In this document: piece after piece, positions 29,011-38,923 of the stretch
Layout of the letters: each line of letters opens with the position of its first letter
Position numbering within the stretch: position 1 is the stretch's first letter
NCBI GenBank assembly: GCA_003552075.1
Contig: PUOJ01000050.1
Span: forward strand, 1-52,298
Length of the DNA stretch: 52,298 bases
From: Bacteroidales bacterium
Lineage (GTDB): Bacteria; Bacteroidota; Bacteroidia; Bacteroidales; UBA7960
Direction of reading: 5' to 3'
Notes under the pieces: model-generated
The model's database searches: none
Told to the model about the DNA's origin: nothing
What the model saw: the letters and a program-made list of their open reading frames with translations, nothing else
Position numbers and translations under genes: made by a program

Positions 29011-30018
29011 ATGGAAACAGTTGTAAGCGGAATACGGTCTACAGGGCACCTGCACTTGGGCAATTACTTTGGTGCCATCAAGAACTTTGTAAAGATGCAG
29101 CATCAGCATCGCTGCTATTTTTTCATTGCAGACTATCATTCTTTGACCACCCACCCCACCCCGGATGACCTTTATCGAAATGTGCGGCAGGTACTCATCG
29201 AATACCTGGCCGCAGGCATCGACCCGGAGGTGGCCACCCTATACATACAGAGCGATGTGCCTGAGGTGGCGGAGCTTTATCTTTTGCTCAACATGAATGC
29301 CTATAAGGGGGAGCTGGAGCGGTGCACTTCCTTTAAGGACAAGGTGCGAACCCAGCCCGACAATGTGAATGCGGGCTTGCTGACCTACCCTGTGCTGATG
29401 GCAGCCGACATCATCATCCACAAGGCCACCAAAGTGCCTGTGGGCAAGGACCAGGAACAACACATGGAGATGGCGCGCACCTTTGCCAACCGTTTTAACA
29501 GGCTGTACAAGACGGAATGTTTTCCGCCGCCTTATGCATATAACTTCGATGAAGCGCTGGTGAAGGTTCCTGGCCTGGACGGCAGCACCAAGATGGGCAA
29601 GTCCGGGGCAGAGGGCAATGCCATCTTCCTGGCCGACGAACCCGCGGTGATCCGCAAAAAGGTCATGCGGGCCACGACCGACTCCGGGCCTTCGCAGCCC
29701 GGGGAGCCTGTCTCGCAACCCATACAGAACCTGTTTGACCTGATGGGCATCGTGAGCGACCAGGGCACCCTGACACACTACCAGGATGCATACAAGCAGG
29801 GGACCATTCGCTATGGTGACATGAAGAAACAGCTTGCCGAAGACATGATTGCCTTCACGGCACCGGTGCGCGAACGTATCCTGGCCATTGATGCAGATGA
29901 AAACTACCTCCGGAAGGTGGCCCGCATGGGAGCAGAAAAGGCAAGGGAAAGCGCGCGACAAACGATCAGGGAGGTGCGGGAGATCATTGGATTTGCCTCC
30001 GCACTACCGGTTAATTGA
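29011..30018 (+). CDS. trpS: Tryptophan--tRNA ligase
   Basis: HLGNY, YPVLMAADI, VPVGKDQEQH and KMGKS. Confidence 0.97.
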   Translation: METVVSGIRSTGHLHLGNYFGAIKNFVKMQHQHRCYFFIADYHSLTTHPTPDDLYRNVRQVLIEYLAAGIDPEVATLYIQSDVPEVAELYLLLNMNAYKGELERCTSFKDKVRTQPDNVNAGLLTYPVLMAADIIIHKATKVPVGKDQEQHMEMARTFANRFNRLYKTECFPPPYAYNFDEALVKVPGLDGSTKMGKSGAEGNAIFLADEPAVIRKKVMRATTDSGPSQPGEPVSQPIQNLFDLMGIVSDQGTLTHYQDAYKQGTIRYGDMKKQLAEDMIAFTAPVRERILAIDADENYLRKVARMGAEKARESARQTIREVREIIGFASALPVN

Positions 30019-30038
30019 CAAGGAACGAAAAGCATTGC

Positions 30039-31235
30039 ATGCAAAAACACATAGAAATCAAGAAAGAGAAGGAGCGGGCGGTGCTTGTTGGCGTGATCAC
30101 CCGCGATGAGCCCGAAGAGCGGGTGGCAGAATACCTGGATGAACTTGCTTTCCTGGTGGACACTGCCGGCGGGGTGGTCTTGAAGAAGTTTACGCAGAAG
30201 ATCGACAAGCCGGACCCGGCCACTTACATCGGCAAAGGAAAGGCAGAAGAGATTAAAGAATACATCAGGGAGGTCAAAGCTGACCTGGTGGTTTTTGATG
30301 ACGAGCTGACGGCTTCGCAGCAACGCAACTTAGACAGGGCCTTTAAAACCCGTGTGATTGACCGCAGCAACCTGATCCTGGACATCTTTGCCATGCGGGC
30401 CCGCACCGCGCATGCACGCACCCAGGTGGAGCTGGCCCAGTATCAGTACCTGCTGCCTCGCCTGGCCGGGATGTGGACCCACCTTGAGCGACAAAAGGGG
30501 GGCATCGGACTAAAAGGACCCGGGGAGAAAGAGATCGAGACAGACCGACGGATCGTTCGTGACAAAATCGCCCTGCTCAAAAAGAAGCTTCAGCAGATAG
30601 ACAAACAAAAGGCCACCCAGCGCTCCAACCGCGGCAACCTAGTCAGGGTAGCCCTTGTGGGCTATACCAACGTGGGCAAGTCGACCATCATGAACATGCT
30701 CAGCAAAACAGACGTGTTCGCTGAAGACAAGCTCTTTGCCACGCTAGACACGACCGTCAGAAAGATCGTGATCGGCAACCTGCCATTCCTGCTTTCCGAC
30801 ACCGTAGGCTTCATTCGCAAGCTCCCCCACCACCTCATCGAATCCTTTAAATCAACCCTGGACGAGGTGCGTGAGTCAGATGTGTTGCTGCACGTGGCAG
30901 ACATTTCGCACCCCAACTTTGAGGAGCAGCTCCGGGTGGTCAGGGACACGTTGGCAGAGATTACCGAAAATGAAGAAAAACAGACCATCGTGGTTTTCAA
31001 CAAGATGGATAAGTACAGCTGGGTGGAAAAGGAGGAGGACGACCTGACTCCTGCCACAGAGGAGAACATCAGCCTGGAGGAGATGAAGGAAACATGGATG
31101 GGAAAGATGAATGCCCCCTGTATCTTCATTTCGGCGAAAAAGAAAGAAAACATTGAAGCGTTCAGGCGGTTGCTATACGATACCGTGGTGGAAATCCACC
31201 AAAAGCGTTACCCTTACGATCATTTTTTGTATTGA
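30039..31235 (+). CDS. hflX: GTPase HflX
   Basis: GPGEKEIETDRR, GYTNVGKST, LFATLD, DTVGF and NKMD. Confidence 0.97.
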   Translation: MQKHIEIKKEKERAVLVGVITRDEPEERVAEYLDELAFLVDTAGGVVLKKFTQKIDKPDPATYIGKGKAEEIKEYIREVKADLVVFDDELTASQQRNLDRAFKTRVIDRSNLILDIFAMRARTAHARTQVELAQYQYLLPRLAGMWTHLERQKGGIGLKGPGEKEIETDRRIVRDKIALLKKKLQQIDKQKATQRSNRGNLVRVALVGYTNVGKSTIMNMLSKTDVFAEDKLFATLDTTVRKIVIGNLPFLLSDTVGFIRKLPHHLIESFKSTLDEVRESDVLLHVADISHPNFEEQLRVVRDTLAEITENEEKQTIVVFNKMDKYSWVEKEEDDLTPATEENISLEEMKETWMGKMNAPCIFISAKKKENIEAFRRLLYDTVVEIHQKRYPYDHFLY

Positions 31236-31397
31236 TCCATATTGTTGCCGCCACGTGACAGGCCGCCCAGGGGCCACGAGGCGATCAGTGACGCACACAC
31301 CCCCCTGGGGTCGCGTCGGGGCAAATAACCGCTTAGGCGGCGCCCCAGGGCCCTTAAAACGGCCCCCGGAATTCATCAAAGACCCTATCTTTGTCAC

Positions 31398-32282
31398 ATG
31401 CTCACACGAATCTTAACAGCTGTAGTCCGCTTGCTTGCCTATTTGCCTTTCTGGGCGCTGCATGGCATTGCTTCCATCCAGGCCTTCATGATGGCCCGGG
31501 TGTTAAGGTACCGCAGAAAGGTTATATTGACCAACCTGCGCAATGCCTTTCCGGAAAAGCAGGAAAGGGAGATCCGCCGGATTGCCATTGCCTTTTACCA
31601 TCACCTGTCAGATGTGTTGGTAGAGATGATCAAGCTTCGCACCATTTCTGAAAAAGAATTCCTGCGGCGTTGCAGCATGCCGGAGGAGGGTCGCCGGTTG
31701 TTGCTGGCGCATTACGAAAGGGGTGAACACCTGGTCGGCCTGCTGGGCCATACCGGCAACTGGGAGTGGGTGCCTCCTTTGGTTACGATGAACGTGCCGT
31801 ACCTGGTCGCGCCCGTATACAAGCCCCTGAAGGACAAGCACCTTGACCGCCTGATCCTGGAAACGCGAAGCCGGTTCGCGCACGAGCTGTTGCCCAAGAC
31901 ACAGGTCGGCCGTGCAATGGTTCGTTACATACATCAAGGCAGGCCATTCATCCTGGGCTTGATTGCTGACCAGACGCCCAGGCCGGAAGGGGCGCAGTGG
32001 CTCACTTTTTTGTCGCAGGACACCCCCGTGAATGCCGGACCAGAAAAGGTAGCCCGCAGCAGGAAGATGCCTGCCTATTTTGTTTCCCTTCGACGCGTAC
32101 GCCGTGGTCATTACAAGTTACACCTGGAGTTGTTGAGCGAACAGCCGTGGAAGCTTCAGGATGGGGCGCTGACAGCCCTTTTCATGGCGAAGCTGGAGGA
32201 GGAAATCCGCTCCAGGCCAGAGGCCTGGCTGTGGTCGCATCGCCGTTGGAAATATTCGCGGAACCGTGAAACATCAGTATAA
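31398..32282 (+). CDS. Lipid A late acyltransferase-like protein (LpxL/HtrB family)
   Basis: NLRNAFPE, GHTGNWE, LIADQTP and WLWSHRRWK. Confidence 0.88.
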   Translation: MLTRILTAVVRLLAYLPFWALHGIASIQAFMMARVLRYRRKVILTNLRNAFPEKQEREIRRIAIAFYHHLSDVLVEMIKLRTISEKEFLRRCSMPEEGRRLLLAHYERGEHLVGLLGHTGNWEWVPPLVTMNVPYLVAPVYKPLKDKHLDRLILETRSRFAHELLPKTQVGRAMVRYIHQGRPFILGLIADQTPRPEGAQWLTFLSQDTPVNAGPEKVARSRKMPAYFVSLRRVRRGHYKLHLELLSEQPWKLQDGALTALFMAKLEEEIRSRPEAWLWSHRRWKYSRNRETSV

Positions 32283-32399
32283 ACAGGTCTTAGTAACAGA
32301 CCTTGGCTTTTCCTTCCTTTTGCGGCACATCCGACAGGCTTCCCTGTGCGCCGGGGCAAAGCGCTGAATCCGTCCGACGGCGCGCTTTGTCAATTTCCC

Positions 32400-33668
32400 T
32401 TACTTTCTGGACACCTCAAAAAAGTCGCCAATGGCGAAAGTAACCGTTCTGCCGTCAGACTTGGTTTCGCCATCTACCACAACGGGTTGGCCCAGGAGGT
32501 TGTTGATGCTGCCGAACCCACGGCGGGCATACCGGCCCAGCAGAGATGCGTCTGTATGCAACAGCTCTTCCGCCTGGTCAATGGGCAGCCCTGTTCGTTC
32601 TGTAAGCTCGTTCCGGGCTAGCTGGGCCAGTGTAAGGTCTTGCCTGTCGGCCGTTCGGGGATCGTCAGCATGCTCTGCGAATAAGTCTGCGCGGTCGCGG
32701 TAAGCAAGCCAGTAATATTCCTGTCGTTTGCGGAGAGGTTCCTGTGGTCTTTGTGTTGCGCCAACGGGAGTCTGTGGCATCACACGATGCATCTGCGATG
32801 CCAGGAGTGGTCTTAGCGCGGGGGTTTCGTAGCCAGGGTCTGCATAAGCTGCAGGCACACCAGGGTCCGCTGACTGGCGGTCAACTTGCAGGGAGGTCAG
32901 CCGGCTTGATGTGGTAGCAAGGTGGATGCCCGGCCGGGAGCTGGCAGGCAGCTGATTTGGAGGAATGGGGGTCATCGCCCGGGCTGACCTCTGCAGCAGA
33001 CCGGGAGCTTCCGCAACGGCCTCCGTCAGCTCCCGGTCGATGCCAGCAGGGGTGTCTTGTGTAAACTCCGGCGTCGTGTGGTCAGGCATGAAGTGCCACA
33101 TGATCACCGCCATCAGCACGGCAGCCGCAGCAGCTGCTGCCGTGTGGCTGTAACGACGCACAAAAGCTCCGATGGGATGTCGCTTCAGAGCTTGCTTTCC
33201 GGGGCACGTCGCTGCCGGTTCGGGGCGCAGACGGGCTGCACGCAACAATTCAAGGTCCTTTTGATACGCCGGGTTGGCTGACAAAAAGGCACGGGCCGCC
33301 TCTTCCTGTTCCTTGTCCAGGTCTCCTTCAGTGAAAGCAATAAGCACCGTGTCCACGCGTGCGGGCCGCACGCGAAGAACACCCTGGTCGTCAGGGGCAA
33401 AAAGATCCTCCGAAAGGATGGCCACTTCCGTCTCCGCATGTGCAGGTCCATGGGCAGCCGCCCAAAGGTCCTTTTTCAGGCTGTCCTTTCCGGGAAACTC
33501 AACCTGGTCCGCACCCTCCAGGCCCACCATCTCAAAGGCCTCAAACTCTGCCCGCAGGTCAGGATGGCTTTCAAGGAACACCAAAAGCTCTCGCCTGCCT
33601 TCGTCTGAAAGCCTGCCCTCAAAATGGTCGAGGAAATAGAGCGGATAGTTTTCCCGGTTGATCTTCAT
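32400..33668 (-). CDS. Putative anti-sigma factor (membrane protein)
   Basis: N-terminal INRENY..FLDHFEGRLS repeated internally (IAFTEGDLD..FLSANP); one TM helix; directly downstream of an ECF sigma gene. Confidence 0.65.
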   Translation of the reverse strand: MKINRENYPLYFLDHFEGRLSDEGRRELLVFLESHPDLRAEFEAFEMVGLEGADQVEFPGKDSLKKDLWAAAHGPAHAETEVAILSEDLFAPDDQGVLRVRPARVDTVLIAFTEGDLDKEQEEAARAFLSANPAYQKDLELLRAARLRPEPAATCPGKQALKRHPIGAFVRRYSHTAAAAAAAVLMAVIMWHFMPDHTTPEFTQDTPAGIDRELTEAVAEAPGLLQRSARAMTPIPPNQLPASSRPGIHLATTSSRLTSLQVDRQSADPGVPAAYADPGYETPALRPLLASQMHRVMPQTPVGATQRPQEPLRKRQEYYWLAYRDRADLFAEHADDPRTADRQDLTLAQLARNELTERTGLPIDQAEELLHTDASLLGRYARRGFGSINNLLGQPVVVDGETKSDGRTVTFAIGDFFEVSRK

Positions 33669-33761
33669 TGTCTCTTTGATGGTTTCAGGCCGAAAGCCAG
33701 GCTTCATGTGCATGGTGCATCCATTTGCCAAGATGCCGGGGCCGGGGGCCTTGATTGATTG

Positions 33762-34247
33762 TCATATGACCACGTCCATGCTTCCAATGTACTTTTTTAA
33801 AAACAGGCGCGCCCGGTAAATGTACACCTTTACCTGCGACTCGCTCAGGCCAGTAATTTGACCGATCTCGTGGTAGGAATACCCTTCATAATCGCGCAAC
33901 ATGATCACTGCACGTTGATCGGAAGGCAGGCGCGAAAGCCCTTCTTCCAGTATTTCCCCAAGCCCGGAGTATTCCTGCTGGTATCCTTCTGTCTGCATAG
34001 GAACTTCATCGCACAGGTCTTCCTTTTTTCCCTTTCTCAGGCTGTCGATCATCGCGTGATAGGCCGTGCTGAACAGGTAAGCGCGGGCTTTATCCACATG
34101 GACTTCACGATGGCGAAGCCAGAGCCTTTCAAAGCTGTCCTGCACCACATCCTGTGCCCGGGCATCGTCGCGCAGGTTTTTCAGGATAAAGCGATACACG
34201 CCATCCGCATAGCGGTCTACACACTGATTGTATTCGGCCGTTGTCAT
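33762..34247 (-). CDS. ECF RNA polymerase sigma factor
   Basis: AQDVVQDSF (region 2) and LRDYEGYSYHEIG..SQVKVYIYRAR (region 4). Confidence 0.93.
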   Translation of the reverse strand: MTTAEYNQCVDRYADGVYRFILKNLRDDARAQDVVQDSFERLWLRHREVHVDKARAYLFSTAYHAMIDSLRKGKKEDLCDEVPMQTEGYQQEYSGLGEILEEGLSRLPSDQRAVIMLRDYEGYSYHEIGQITGLSESQVKVYIYRARLFLKKYIGSMDVVI

Positions 34248-34544
34248 GTGTTCCGGTTAGCTCCTGTTTATCTGCCGCTTGCCTCCATTTGTAGCGGCTT
34301 TTTCAAGTCAGCATCCAATGCTTTGTCGTTGGTGGTTGGTTCAGCTGCACGTTCAGCGCCTGTTTATCAGTCACTGCAGGCCAACTCAGATTTTCAGCAA
34401 GTTCCATTTCCCCTGTCTCTCCTCACCTGCCTTTGGGCTCCGTGGCTTCATTGCCGTTGATCGTGCCTTCTCAAATCCGGTGCAGGCCCCTTTTATCTCA
34501 CCTGGGCGTATCCTTGCTGGACATTCCACCTGCATGCAACAGTA

Positions 34545-34572
34545 AGACGTACTTCAAGTGAAAAAAGTTACA
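34545..34572 (-). promoter_or_regulatory. ECF-type promoter, likely autoregulatory
   Basis: Minus strand TGTAAC-N17-CGTCT upstream of the ECF sigma gene. Confidence 0.65.
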
Positions 34573-34815
34573 CCAAAGCAAAGGTACGGATTGTTTTTAT
34601 ATCTTATCCGCTTATAGCGTGCAACTTACAGGCAGCTGTGTGCGCAGCCAATTTGGGTGTTTGAGGCAATATGGGCTACAGTACCCTCCGAATGTTATTC
34701 TCCGTAAAGCAGGCCTTCCTGGTGGCACATTATCCCCAGGGGCTTTACGCAGGCTGCACATTCGTTCAGTAGCGTAAAGAAGCTTGATGCAACAGCGCCC
34801 TCTTCGTTTTTGTAG

Positions 34816-36123
34816 TTATTTTTTTACCCAAGGCTTGCTTATGGAGGAATTGCCGCTTGTCAGGCGCACGACATATGCACCTGCGGGCAGGTTGGAGATG
34901 TCTATGGCCATTGTCTTTCCAGGAATGTAGCTGCGCTTTTCACTTATCACCAGGTGGCCGGCGGCAGAAAGCAGGTCGACATGCACGTGCTTTCCCGTCT
35001 CATCCGGACTGATCTCTTTTATCCTTACGTGCAGCATCTTATCGGCAGGGTTGGGGTAGAGCTTTAGTTTGGCCGGCTGCTTTTCAGGAAGCAGGACACC
35101 GGTCTCATCGTCCACTTCAGCAACCAGCAGCTCGCCATCGACCACGTACCAGTAATGCCATTCTCCGCCTTCGCCTTCATCCCAGTTGTCGATATCAAAC
35201 CACCCGCTGCCCTCAAAGTCTCCTTTCACTTGGTATACCAGGATGGCTTCCCCGCCCTGCTCCCAGTGGAGAGGCTCTCCTGGCACGCAAGTTTCGGGGG
35301 GTCCCCCATGTTTTTGAAGGAAGTAGGCATAGTCATCATAGGATGGATGTCCGAACACCCGGGCCTGCCCGGCTTGATCAACCGCAATGGCGGTATATTC
35401 ATTGGCGGCGATCCCACGGGCATCCATTTGCCAGTCGGCGATCATCCTGGCCATGAAGCCCACATGCCGCCCATGGCGATCCATTCCGTCATCATGGATG
35501 CGGTTGTAGTGGCTGTCGGTTACCGTTTGCTCCATGAAGGGCACCTGCAGGAAGTCCTTTTCCAGCTTCACCCGCCAGTGGTAGGGATCCGAGAGTGCTT
35601 CCGAAGACCATACCGTGCCGTTTTCTGCGCCGAAAACCACCTCTCCGAGTACCGCCATCCCGGCGCTGGTGCCGCCAATGGTGATTTTTTTGTTGGTGAT
35701 CAGCTCGTTAAGCATGTCCAGCATCTCGCTGTCGCGCCATTCGTCCACATAGTGCCACTGGTTGCCACCGGCAATGAATACCACCTCCGCTTCCGCGAGA
35801 ATGTCGAGCACCTCCGGGCTTTCGGTGTCTTCCGGACCGGTGATCACGATAGACGTTACCGAGTTGACCTCCACGCCCAATCCGCTGTAGAAGTAGTTGT
35901 TGTATCCGTCCGAGCCGGAGGCCCGTAATACCACCACGTCGCCTCCATCTGCGCGCTGCAGCATCCAGGCCATGGCATCGTCGTTGTCGGTCTCACCGCC
36001 AGCCAGCACAAGCCCTGGCAGATGATCTGTGTCCACGGACTCCTCATTGCCCGTGTGATAGATCTCCTGTGTCCATCCGAAGAGCACTGTCAAAACCAAT
36101 AAAATCGTCAATAAAATTTTCAT
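34816..36123 (-). CDS. Secreted cyanophycinase-like serine peptidase (S51) with a T9SS type A C-terminal domain
   Basis: Signal peptide; FIAGGNQ, GGTSAG (Ser), TDSHY (His) and ANE (Glu); CTD LKLYPNPA..IDISNLPAGAYVVRL..KPWVKK. Confidence 0.8.
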   Translation of the reverse strand: MKILLTILLVLTVLFGWTQEIYHTGNEESVDTDHLPGLVLAGGETDNDDAMAWMLQRADGGDVVVLRASGSDGYNNYFYSGLGVEVNSVTSIVITGPEDTESPEVLDILAEAEVVFIAGGNQWHYVDEWRDSEMLDMLNELITNKKITIGGTSAGMAVLGEVVFGAENGTVWSSEALSDPYHWRVKLEKDFLQVPFMEQTVTDSHYNRIHDDGMDRHGRHVGFMARMIADWQMDARGIAANEYTAIAVDQAGQARVFGHPSYDDYAYFLQKHGGPPETCVPGEPLHWEQGGEAILVYQVKGDFEGSGWFDIDNWDEGEGGEWHYWYVVDGELLVAEVDDETGVLLPEKQPAKLKLYPNPADKMLHVRIKEISPDETGKHVHVDLLSAAGHLVISEKRSYIPGKTMAIDISNLPAGAYVVRLTSGNSSISKPWVKK

Positions 36124-36345
36124 ACGTCTCGTTTTTGTCAAAAACAGGGGGGCGTAATGCCTTAAAGCCTCATATCCAGGTGGCTTGGTAACACTCCGCC
36201 CCGACACGAACTTTCCAAAACACCTTCTTAGGGGTCAAAGCGCGAGCCTTTGCTAATCGTGCCGCCCCTCAATCTTCCAGGGCGGTCAGCACCTTCATCG
36301 CGTCCCGGGCCCTGGCTGAAGGCTAGCCTGTGTCATTCATGCAAC

Positions 36346-37959
36346 CTAAAACCCCGAAAGGTCCATTGTCACCGTCGGGATGAGCAGCAGGAAGCCCAGC
36401 AGGATCAGGATGGCGATGAGTGGGGTGACCCATTTGACCCATTTATGGTATGGGATGCGTGCAACGCCGAGCACGGCGATCAGCACGCCGGAGGTGGGGG
36501 TGATCATGTTGGTGAAGCCATCGCCAAACTGGAAGGCCATCACGGTGGCCTGCCGGGAGATGTCGATGAGGTCACTGAAGGGCGCCATGATGGGCATGGT
36601 GATGGCCGCTTTGGCTGAGCCGCTTGGGATTACTATGTTGACAATGGTCTGGATCACGTACATCACCCCGACGGAGGCCACGCTGCCAAACTGGCCGAGC
36701 GAACGACTCAGTCCGTAGAGGATGCTGTCGATGATGCCACCATCTTCGAGCACCACGATGATGCCCCCTGCGAGTCCGACGATGATGGCTGCCGACATGA
36801 TGTCCTTCACCCCGTCGAGGAAGGAGGTGGCGATGTCGTTGGCATCCTTTTGTACGGCAAGTCCTGCAGCGATCCCCATCCCCAGGAAGAGGGTGGCGAT
36901 CTCCATCACGTACCACTGGTATCCCATCACGCCCACGATAAGGAAAAGGATGGTGTAGGCCAGCAGGAGGAGGATAAAGAAGTGCACTGACTTGCGGAGG
37001 GTCCATATCCCGGCCAGGGCAAAGATCACGGTGGCCACGGGGATCACGGTGATGGTAGCCGATGAGGCGCCCACGGTCAGCGTGGACAGCGGGTACATCA
37101 CAGAAAAAATGGCGAGTACCAGCAAGACCGCCGCATATACGTACCAGGCCATCCTGGGCGTATAATAGGTGATGTTGTTCACGTCGCTGGCCTCTCGTTT
37201 TCGCCAGTAGCTGTCTTCTTCATACATGGTGGATCGCGTGGGGTCTTTTCGTATTCTGGACACATAGCGCAGCACAAAGGCAATGCCCACGATGTTGATC
37301 ACCACCCATGCAAAGAGGCGGTATTCGAGGCCTGAAAACAGGGGCAGGTCGGCCAGGCCCTGGGCGATTCCGATGGTGAAGGGGTTCAGGATGGCTCCGG
37401 CAAAGCCAAGATGGGCGCCGATGTATACCATGCAGACTCCCGTAATGCTGTCGTAGCCCATGGAGATCGCCAGCGGGATCAGGATGATCACGAAGGCGAT
37501 CGTCTCCTCGCTCATCCCGAAAATGGCACCAAAGGCACTGAAGAGCAGCATCACCATCACAATGATGATGTTGTCCACACCCAGCCGGCGCATGGTGGCA
37601 TTGCTTTCGAGTTTGCGTGCATAGCGCAGGAAGGACATGATTCCCACATCGATGGCCTTGGTCTGGTTCATGATCCAGAAGGCGCCGCCGATCATCAGGA
37701 TGAACACGATGATGTTGGACTGTCGTACAAAACCGTTGAAGAGCGCCGACAGCACCTGCCAGGTCTGCGGCTGGCTGTCGAGTGTGTGCCCCTCCGGAAG
37801 TTGGTCCTCGTAATAAAAGACCATGGTGCTTTGTTCTCTGCCGTCGATGACCACCGTCTCCTCAATGTATTTTCCCGGTGGGATGAACCAGGTGAGGACG
37901 GCTGCCAGGATGATGATGAAAAATACGATGACGTAGGTGTGGGGTATCTTCTTCAGCAT
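36346..37959 (-). CDS. YfcC-family inner-membrane transporter
   Basis: IPHTYVI, FGMSEETIAF, NPFTIGIAQG, PSGSAKA and FQFGDGFTNMITPTSG. Confidence 0.88.
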   Translation of the reverse strand: MLKKIPHTYVIVFFIIILAAVLTWFIPPGKYIEETVVIDGREQSTMVFYYEDQLPEGHTLDSQPQTWQVLSALFNGFVRQSNIIVFILMIGGAFWIMNQTKAIDVGIMSFLRYARKLESNATMRRLGVDNIIIVMVMLLFSAFGAIFGMSEETIAFVIILIPLAISMGYDSITGVCMVYIGAHLGFAGAILNPFTIGIAQGLADLPLFSGLEYRLFAWVVINIVGIAFVLRYVSRIRKDPTRSTMYEEDSYWRKREASDVNNITYYTPRMAWYVYAAVLLVLAIFSVMYPLSTLTVGASSATITVIPVATVIFALAGIWTLRKSVHFFILLLLAYTILFLIVGVMGYQWYVMEIATLFLGMGIAAGLAVQKDANDIATSFLDGVKDIMSAAIIVGLAGGIIVVLEDGGIIDSILYGLSRSLGQFGSVASVGVMYVIQTIVNIVIPSGSAKAAITMPIMAPFSDLIDISRQATVMAFQFGDGFTNMITPTSGVLIAVLGVARIPYHKWVKWVTPLIAILILLGFLLLIPTVTMDLSGF

Positions 37960-38011
37960 GGGTCAACGATTTAAGACTTGCTTGTACACGGGTTAAACGG
38001 GGTTGCAGTGT

Positions 38012-38077
38012 TGCTGTTGGCCATTGGCTGTTGGCTATTCGCTGTTAGCGATCGGTTATCGGCTGTTGGCTGATGGC
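38012..38077 (-). repeat. Heptamer array (plus strand GGCTRTT-like)x9 overlapping the cyanophycinase C-terminus
   Basis: tgctgtt ggccatt ggctgtt ggctatt cgctgtt agcgatc ggttatc ggctgtt ggctgat; it encodes AISQQPITDR and the stop. Confidence 0.75.
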
Positions 38078-38923
38078 AAAGCGTTCGCCGGGCAGGAATA
38101 TGTCGAGCTGCAGGTTTCGGCCGCCCAGTTTGTGTTCGTATTGGGTTTTGGAGGCGTCGGGGTTTCTGTACACCAGCACCTGGGCTATTCCTATCACTTC
38201 TGCCTCATTTCCGTTGACCAGGATGGCGGTGGATTCGTCGATGCCGATTCCGGGCAGCTCCGGGTGTTCCAGCACGGAGGTGATCAGGCGGTTGTGGCGG
38301 CTTCTCCACACGAAGTGCTGGTCGATCACGGCGGTGGTCAGCAGGCCGAGTCCTTCGGCCAGTTCAAGGTTTTCTGATTCGATCACCGGGAAGGTGGGCC
38401 GGTATTCGGGGTAGCGCAGTTCATCGCCGGTGATCATCTTTTCGCTCATCACGGCGGCGCCGGCACTGGTCCCGGCGATCACGGCGCCACCGGCGTAGGC
38501 TTCGTGGATCGCCTCCATCACCGGACCGTCGTACACGATGTCCATGAAGCGGTTCTGGTCGCCGCCACTGATGTAGATCAGCGGGGCTTGTCTGAGGGAG
38601 TCGACCCATTCCTGGCGTGGTTCCTCGTCCGGAAGAAAGTTAAAACCGGCTATGCGGCTGATTCCTTGTTCCAGGAACTGTTCGCTGGCCCATATGATGG
38701 CCGAGTCGGGCTCGGAGCTGGACATCGGCAGGATGGCCACATAGCCCTCATCCCAGATGCCGGCCTCATCAATCATCCGCTCCACCATCTCGGCCGGGCG
38801 GCTGCCGCCACCGATGATGAAAAGCGAGCCTTCCGGATGATGCGCTTCTGTCCGCTCTGCCGCGGGCTGGCAAGCCCACAGGGTGGCCAATACAATGGCT
38901 AATACAAGAATGTGTGTCTTCAT
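38045..38923 (-). CDS. cphB: Cyanophycinase (peptidase S51), lipoprotein
   Basis: Lipobox LWAC; LFIIGGG, SGGDQ, GTSAGA, IDQHFVWRSRHNRL and GIDESTA give the Ser-His-Glu triad plus the Arg-rich substrate motif. Confidence 0.9.
   Translation of the reverse strand: MKTHILVLAIVLATLWACQPAAERTEAHHPEGSLFIIGGGSRPAEMVERMIDEAGIWDEGYVAILPMSSSEPDSAIIWASEQFLEQGISRIAGFNFLPDEEPRQEWVDSLRQAPLIYISGGDQNRFMDIVYDGPVMEAIHEAYAGGAVIAGTSAGAAVMSEKMITGDELRYPEYRPTFPVIESENLELAEGLGLLTTAVIDQHFVWRSRHNRLITSVLEHPELPGIGIDESTAILVNGNEAEVIGIAQVLVYRNPDASKTQYEHKLGGRNLQLDIFLPGERFAISQQPITDR

Noticed and set aside
32400-34247. ECF sigma/anti-sigma pair as regulator of the cyanophycin locus
   Set aside because: It is separated by ~570 bp and has its own ECF promoter. 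The anti-sigma is not FecR-like and the SusC lacks an obvious N-terminal signalling domain
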